A stretch of DNA of 64,000 nucleotides from an uncultured candidate division Zixibacteria bacterium (GTDB taxonomy: Bacteria > Zixibacteria > MSB-5A5 > GN15 > FEB-12), in NCBI GenBank assembly GCA_963735035.1, contig CAVTJJ010000003.1:736001-800000 (forward strand). The letters run 5' to 3'. Shown piece by piece: positions 59,185 through 64,000 of the stretch; within the stretch, counting starts at the first letter, position 1; every line of letters starts with the position of its first letter. The notes under the pieces are model-generated. The model was not told where the DNA came from. It was given only the letters and a program-made list of their open reading frames with translations, and ran no database searches. Position numbers and translations under genes: made by a program.

Positions 59185-61807
59185 CTATTTCTTGAGGAGT
59201 TCCATGAGCTTCGTAATCAGTAATTGAGGTTCGACCGGCGACGGGGTGCCGCCCTGGGCGAAATTCGGTTTGCCGCCGCCGCGACCGCCGTGCTCGGCCA
59301 GTAAGTCACGGAGTAGCTTGCCGGCGTCGATTTTCGAGCCATCGATTGCTGCCGCACTGGCCGCCAACATCACCGCCATCTTGCCCTGAGTGATTCCGGT
59401 CCCGAGAGCCACTACCGCGTGGTTCATCTCCTTGCGCGAGTCAATCCAGGCCGACATCGTCTCGCGATCGGTTTCGCCGAAATCGTGTGTCCAGAGTGAG
59501 AGAGCGCCGATTTTTGTCTCGGTGCCTATCGATGCCCCCGCGCCGAAGACTAATTCGGTCTTGAGCTTCTTGATTTCTTTCTGCAGCGCAGAGTTGTCGC
59601 TGCGAAGTTGCTCCACTCCTGCCAACAAGTCTGATTCGGGGCGATTCACTGCGCCGGACAAACTGAGAACGAGCCGCTTCCGATCAAGCATCTGCTTTTG
59701 AGCCTCGCGGCCGGTGATAGCTTCAAGACGCCGGACCCCCGACGCGATTCCGGTTTCGACCGTAATGAAGAACGGCCCGATCTGGCCGGTGTTGGTCACA
59801 TGGGTGCCGCCGCAAAGTTCCTTGGAGAAACCAGGGACAGAGACAACTCGCACCGTGTCGCCATATTTCTCGCCGAACAACGCCATGGCGCCCGATTTCT
59901 TGGCTTCGGCAACCGGCATGATATCGGTGTTGACATCGACCGCCTTCAGAATCTGTTCGTTGACGAGCCGCTCTACCTCGGCGACTTCATCGGGTGTCAA
60001 CGGTTGATGATGCGAGAAATCGAATCGCAGTCTATCCGGACCGACATACGAGCCGGACTGCTTGACATGCTCCCCGAGGACTTTGCGCAGCGCGGCGTGA
60101 GCGAGATGGGTCGCGGTATGATTGCGCATGATGTCCCACCGGCGCTCGGCATCGACTTCGGCGGTGACCGAAATACCTGTGGGAATCTTCTCAGCGCTTC
60201 CTTTGATGACGATCCCCTCGTGGATATACCAGTCGCGATGCTGATACATCGCCTTTACCTGTATTTCCAGATTCTGGCCGACAATTCGACCCTGGTCGCC
60301 AATCTGGCCACCCGACTCGACATAGAAGGGTGTCTTGTCAAGAATGAGACACACGTCCGCCGTATCCACGGTGTCGTTAGACTTTCTACGATAGAGAATC
60401 TTCGCGTCTGTGGACAACGCTTCACGAATGAAATTCGTAGGTCCTACATCGGGCGGTTCTTTTTCGAGAATCTGTTGCATCGTTCCGGCATGAGATTGAA
60501 ACACCCCGGCCGACCGCGAACGCTCCTGCTGCGCGCGTCATCGCCTTGTCAAAACCTTCACGATCGAGCGTCAGCTTATGCTCCGCGGCGATAGTCTCTG
60601 TCAGATCGTACGGAAAACCATAGGTGTCGTAGAGCTTGAAGACATCACCACCGGGGATGACATTGCTCCCGGTTGACCTTACTTCTTTCGCCAATGTTCC
60701 AAGAAGCTCAAGGCCCGTATCCAGCGTGCGCGCGAATGATTCTTCTTCCGCCTTGATCACGCTGATAACATAATCCTGCTTCTGCTTGATCTCCGGAAAG
60801 ACACCGCCCATCTCGCCCACCAGCGCCGGCACCAGTTTGTGCAGGAACGGCTCTTTGGCGCCTAACTCACGTCCATGACGGGCGGCGCGGCGAAGAATCC
60901 GCCGCAGAACATACCCTCTCCCCTCGTTGGAGATGCCGGCCCCGTCGGCCAGAGCAAACGTCAGCGCCCGGATATGATCCGCCACTACATGATGCGACGG
61001 CACATGGTCCTGATATTTCGAGCCGGTTATTTCGGAGATCGCCTTGATCAGCGTCTGGAATATGTCTATGCCGTAGTTGCTGTCTGCTCCCTGCATAATC
61101 GCGGCGATTCGTTCGAGCCCGGCACCCGTGTCCACCGACGGTTTCGGCAGCTTCACCAGCTTGCCGTCGGGCGTCTGCTCGTACTGCATGAACACGAGAT
61201 TCCAGATTTCGACAAACCGGTCGGACTCGCCGTTGACTTTGTCTTCGGGCCCGTCGCCGAATTTCACGCCCCGATCAAAATGAATCTCAGAACAGGGTCC
61301 GCACGGACCGATATCGCCCATCGACCAGTAGTTGTCCTTCTTGCCGAACCGAAGCACCCGGCCGTTTTTCAACTCCGGCGCGATCTTGCCCCAGAGACGG
61401 TAGGCTTCATCATCGTCGAGATAGACGGTCGCGTACAGCCGGTCCTTGGGAAGTTGCAGGACTTTGGTGACCCATTCCCAGGCGTACTCGATAGCCTCGG
61501 CCTTGAAATAGTCACCGAACGAGAAATTCCCGAGCATCTCGAAGAACGTATGGTGCCGGGCGGTGAAGCCGACATTGTCGAGATCGTTGTGTTTGCCGCC
61601 GGCGCGGATGCATTTCTGCGACGAGGTCGCGCGCGGAAAATCCGGTTTGCGTTTGCCGGTGAAAATATCCTTGAACTGGTTCATCCCCGCGTTGGTGAAC
61701 AGAATCGTAGGGTCGTCGAACGGGACAACCGGCGAGGATTCTACCAGGCGATGGTCATGTTTCTGAAAATAGTCCAGAAACGACTGTCTGACATCTGCGG
61801 TCCTAAT
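59185..61807 (-). CDS. alaS: Alanine--tRNA ligase, +1 frameshift near 60531-60537; start uncertain
   Basis: LFTNAGMNQFK, TFFEMLGNFSFGDYFK, GPCGPCSE, LYDTYGFP, then TPFYVESGGQ, NHTATH, ELCGGTH and GRGGGK; joined length about 873 aa. Confidence 0.95.
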
Positions 61808-62498
61808 CGTCGTCTGCCTTTCCTGAGGTGCCAAAAACTTCTTCAAAGGCGGCGCGGGCCGTCTCATAGCCGAAACCGCGCCGGGAGAGGTAACTATACG
61901 CCTTGCTGCGTACGGATTCAACCTCTATCTGGTCGGGAACCGGCCACCTCAGACGAAGCGCCCGCACGGCGTTCTCGACCGTCTCGGTTCCTTCGAGCAG
62001 CATATCCACCGCCTGCTCGGCGGTTATCCGCTCGATCATCTTCTTCCGTAGCAGAGCAATCAGGAATGACCGTCCCGACGGCTTCCGTTCGAGCGCCCGA
62101 CGCGCCAGCGCCAGCGCCAGGCGGGCGTCATCGACCAATCCCTTTGAGGCGTATTTCGTGATAGTCGCCGCCGTCAACTTCTCGGTGAACCCTTTGCGTC
62201 GCAATTTCAGCCGCAATTCACCTGCCGAGTGTTCGCGCAACGCCAGCAGGCGAGCGATCTCGCGGTCGCACAGGAATCGTTCTGATTCGTCCACCAGCGA
62301 GTTCACCTGGGCCAGTGTAATTACAACGCCCGCTTTGAGATTGTATTGGTAGACCAGTTCGATTGGCAGAAACAGGGGGTCGGGAAGGTCAGAAAGGGTG
62401 ACACGGAATCCGCCCGGTTTTTCTTCGACGGCGGTTATTCTCGATTGATTGACCATCCTCTGTGTGCTCTCCGAAACGGCACGATAATAGTCCGGCAT
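61803..62498 (-). CDS. recX: Regulatory protein RecX
   Basis: LLALREHSAGELRLKL, GLVDDARLA and YLSRRGF; upstream of alaS as is common. Confidence 0.85.
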   Translation of the reverse strand: MPDYYRAVSESTQRMVNQSRITAVEEKPGGFRVTLSDLPDPLFLPIELVYQYNLKAGVVITLAQVNSLVDESERFLCDREIARLLALREHSAGELRLKLRRKGFTEKLTAATITKYASKGLVDDARLALALARRALERKPSGRSFLIALLRKKMIERITAEQAVDMLLEGTETVENAVRALRLRWPVPDQIEVESVRSKAYSYLSRRGFGYETARAAFEEVFGTSGKADDD

Positions 62499-62556
62499 GG
62501 CCGGAGAAACAAAAATTGCCGGTTGCTGACTGACGACCTACGGTCACTATCAGCTA

Positions 62557-62802
62557 GTGCCCGGCAGATGTCCACATCTGCCGGCTTCAGACCCCGTCAC
62601 CCTGAGCCTGTCGAAGGGTGAAGTCATCGTAGGGCAGAACCCCTTGTCGTTCTGCCAGTAGGTCAGGAGGCCTTAGCCTCCTGACAAATTCCCTCGGATC
62701 GGAGAGGCGTCAGGAGCCTAAGGGCTCCTGACCTACCAGGACCGTGCGCGGCACACGTCCCGTGTGCCCGTATCCCTGCAGACGAGGACGTCTGCCGGGC
62801 AC
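62557..62802. repeat. Cluster of REP-like palindromes, including inverted pairs
   Basis: At least seven 26-28 bp hairpin units; GTAG-headed pair 62658-62685 / 62709-62736; GTGC-headed pair 62557-62584 / 62775-62802. Confidence 0.75.
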
Positions 62803-63064
62803 ATAATGGGTCGCCCTGAGTCCCATCCGTCCCCCCCGGCAACATCCTACTTCATCGTACGCCATGATCTCAAAACCCGCGTCTGGCTCCGGAAATCAGG
62901 TTTCTGCGTCAAGTTGGTGGTTGACAGACCGGCAGCGTTTTCCTATCATGCTCCCAGACAAGTGGGGTGCTAACCTCGCTTCGGATATTAGGTTCATGTT
63001 TCGTTGAATTTCGAATTGTGGCATCGTACACAGATGCAGCAAGTTATCGAACAACTGCGACCTG

Positions 63065-63961
63065 ATGGCCCAAAATGAAGGACTAGACGCTTTGGATTTG
63101 CAGGGAAATATCGAGAAATTCGCCCTCGTGGAAATACTCCAGTTGCTGGCCGGCGGACGCAAATCGGGCACGCTCGGAATCCAGCACGACGACTCCATCA
63201 TCATGATCTATTTCGAGGCGGGCGATGTTGTCTACGCCTACGGCCCTCGCGAGACGTTCCATCTCGGCCAGCTCCTCAACGAACGGGGCAAGATCACCGA
63301 GACTCAGCTCGAAGAAGCTGTAGCGATCCAGGCCAAGAACGAGAATACTCGTCGCCTCGGCGAAATCCTGATGAGCATGGGGCATATCGACCGCGCCGAT
63401 CTTGAGTTGGTGGTGCGCGAACAAATTCAGGAATTACTCTACTCGATGCTTAGCTGGCGGAGCGGCTCGTTCAAATTCTACGAGAACCAATTCCCCACCA
63501 AAGAAGAAATCACCGTGTCGATCTCGGTCGAGAACGTTATTCTCGAAGGGTTACGTCGTCTCGACGAAGAAACCATGATCCGCGAAACGCTACCGAACCT
63601 CGACCAGGTCTTTCAAATTTCGACTTCGCAGGCGGGACGTACCCGCGCGGTAACCATGAAGGCGTCCGAGTGGAACGTCATGGCCATAGTTGACGGACAT
63701 CGGTCGATCAATCAGATCTGCGAGACCAGCCCGGTCGGCCGTCACGAGACTCTCAACCGGATCGCGCAACTGAAACTGGCCGGACTGATCGAGCCGGCTG
63801 AGCGACGCATGTTGCCCGCCGATGACACCAATCTCGAAAAGATGATCGCCGGGCTGAGCCGTCAGCTCGAAGAATACCTGACACAGAAAACGAAGACGGT
63901 CCCGACCGGACGCGCCGTCACACGCACTTTGATCGAAGAGGCGGTGAGTGAGTCGAACTGA
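63065..63961 (+). CDS. DUF4388 (PATAN-like) domain protein
   Basis: LQGNIEKFALVEILQLL....KSGTL, IYFEAGDVVYA, LGEILMSMG, WRSGSFKF and ILEGLRRLDE. Confidence 0.85.
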   Translation: MAQNEGLDALDLQGNIEKFALVEILQLLAGGRKSGTLGIQHDDSIIMIYFEAGDVVYAYGPRETFHLGQLLNERGKITETQLEEAVAIQAKNENTRRLGEILMSMGHIDRADLELVVREQIQELLYSMLSWRSGSFKFYENQFPTKEEITVSISVENVILEGLRRLDEETMIRETLPNLDQVFQISTSQAGRTRAVTMKASEWNVMAIVDGHRSINQICETSPVGRHETLNRIAQLKLAGLIEPAERRMLPADDTNLEKMIAGLSRQLEEYLTQKTKTVPTGRAVTRTLIEEAVSESN

Positions 63962-64000
63962 CACGCTCAAATCATTCGAGGTCGTTCTCGAATCGTTTCT
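63948..64000 (+). CDS. Start of a probable next gene (truncated by window edge)
   Basis: GTG overlapping the DUF4388 3' end after GAGG; open to the window end (MSRTDTLKSFEVVLESF). Confidence 0.35.
   Translation, partial: MSRTDTLKSFEVVLESF

Noticed and set aside
59698..62161. Plus-strand ORFs of 298 and 428 aa
   Set aside because: Antisense to alaS and recX, with no recognisable features
63948..64000. Identification of the truncated last ORF (ScpA or roadblock/LC7 considered)
   Set aside because: Only 17 codons are visible, too few to assign

Overview
A 64-kb chromosomal window from a GC-rich diderm bacterium. Dockerin-like repeats plus a T9SS-type C-terminal sorting domain, a group II GGGP synthase and many multiheme cytochromes suggest an FCB-group anaerobe such as Zixibacteria (inference). 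Left third: the end of pstB, phoU, a CPBP protease and two porin-multiheme cytochrome clusters. One cluster has an inner-membrane His-rich protein, a 20-heme cytochrome, a ~46-heme tandem-repeat cytochrome, a beta-barrel and a membrane-anchored ferredoxin/flavin NAD(P)H oxidoreductase. Also present are cstA, a QueG-like Fe-S protein divergent from a CGNR regulator, a DEAD-box helicase, an FAD oxidase, and a Hyf-like (Ehr-type, no NiFe site) operon led by an HTH-PTS EIIA gene. Centre (33.4-55.5 kb), the most notable region: two diverged, back-to-back copies of a four-gene module ECF sigma - soluble zinc-finger anti-sigma-like protein - TPR-CHAT protease - secreted S8 subtilase. They flank hipBA and a lipoprotein caspase, with no cas genes or CRISPR array in the window. 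Each sigma gene ends in its own bipartite promoter-like motif, which recurs once elsewhere in the island. Right end: tRNA-Asp, tRNA-Val, a recX-alaS-GGGPS-gmhA-O-antigen ligase run, a REP-like palindrome mosaic and a DUF4388 gene. Four genes, including essential alaS, carry apparent +1 frameshifts, most likely consensus errors. All family calls are from motif recognition by eye; no database search was run.
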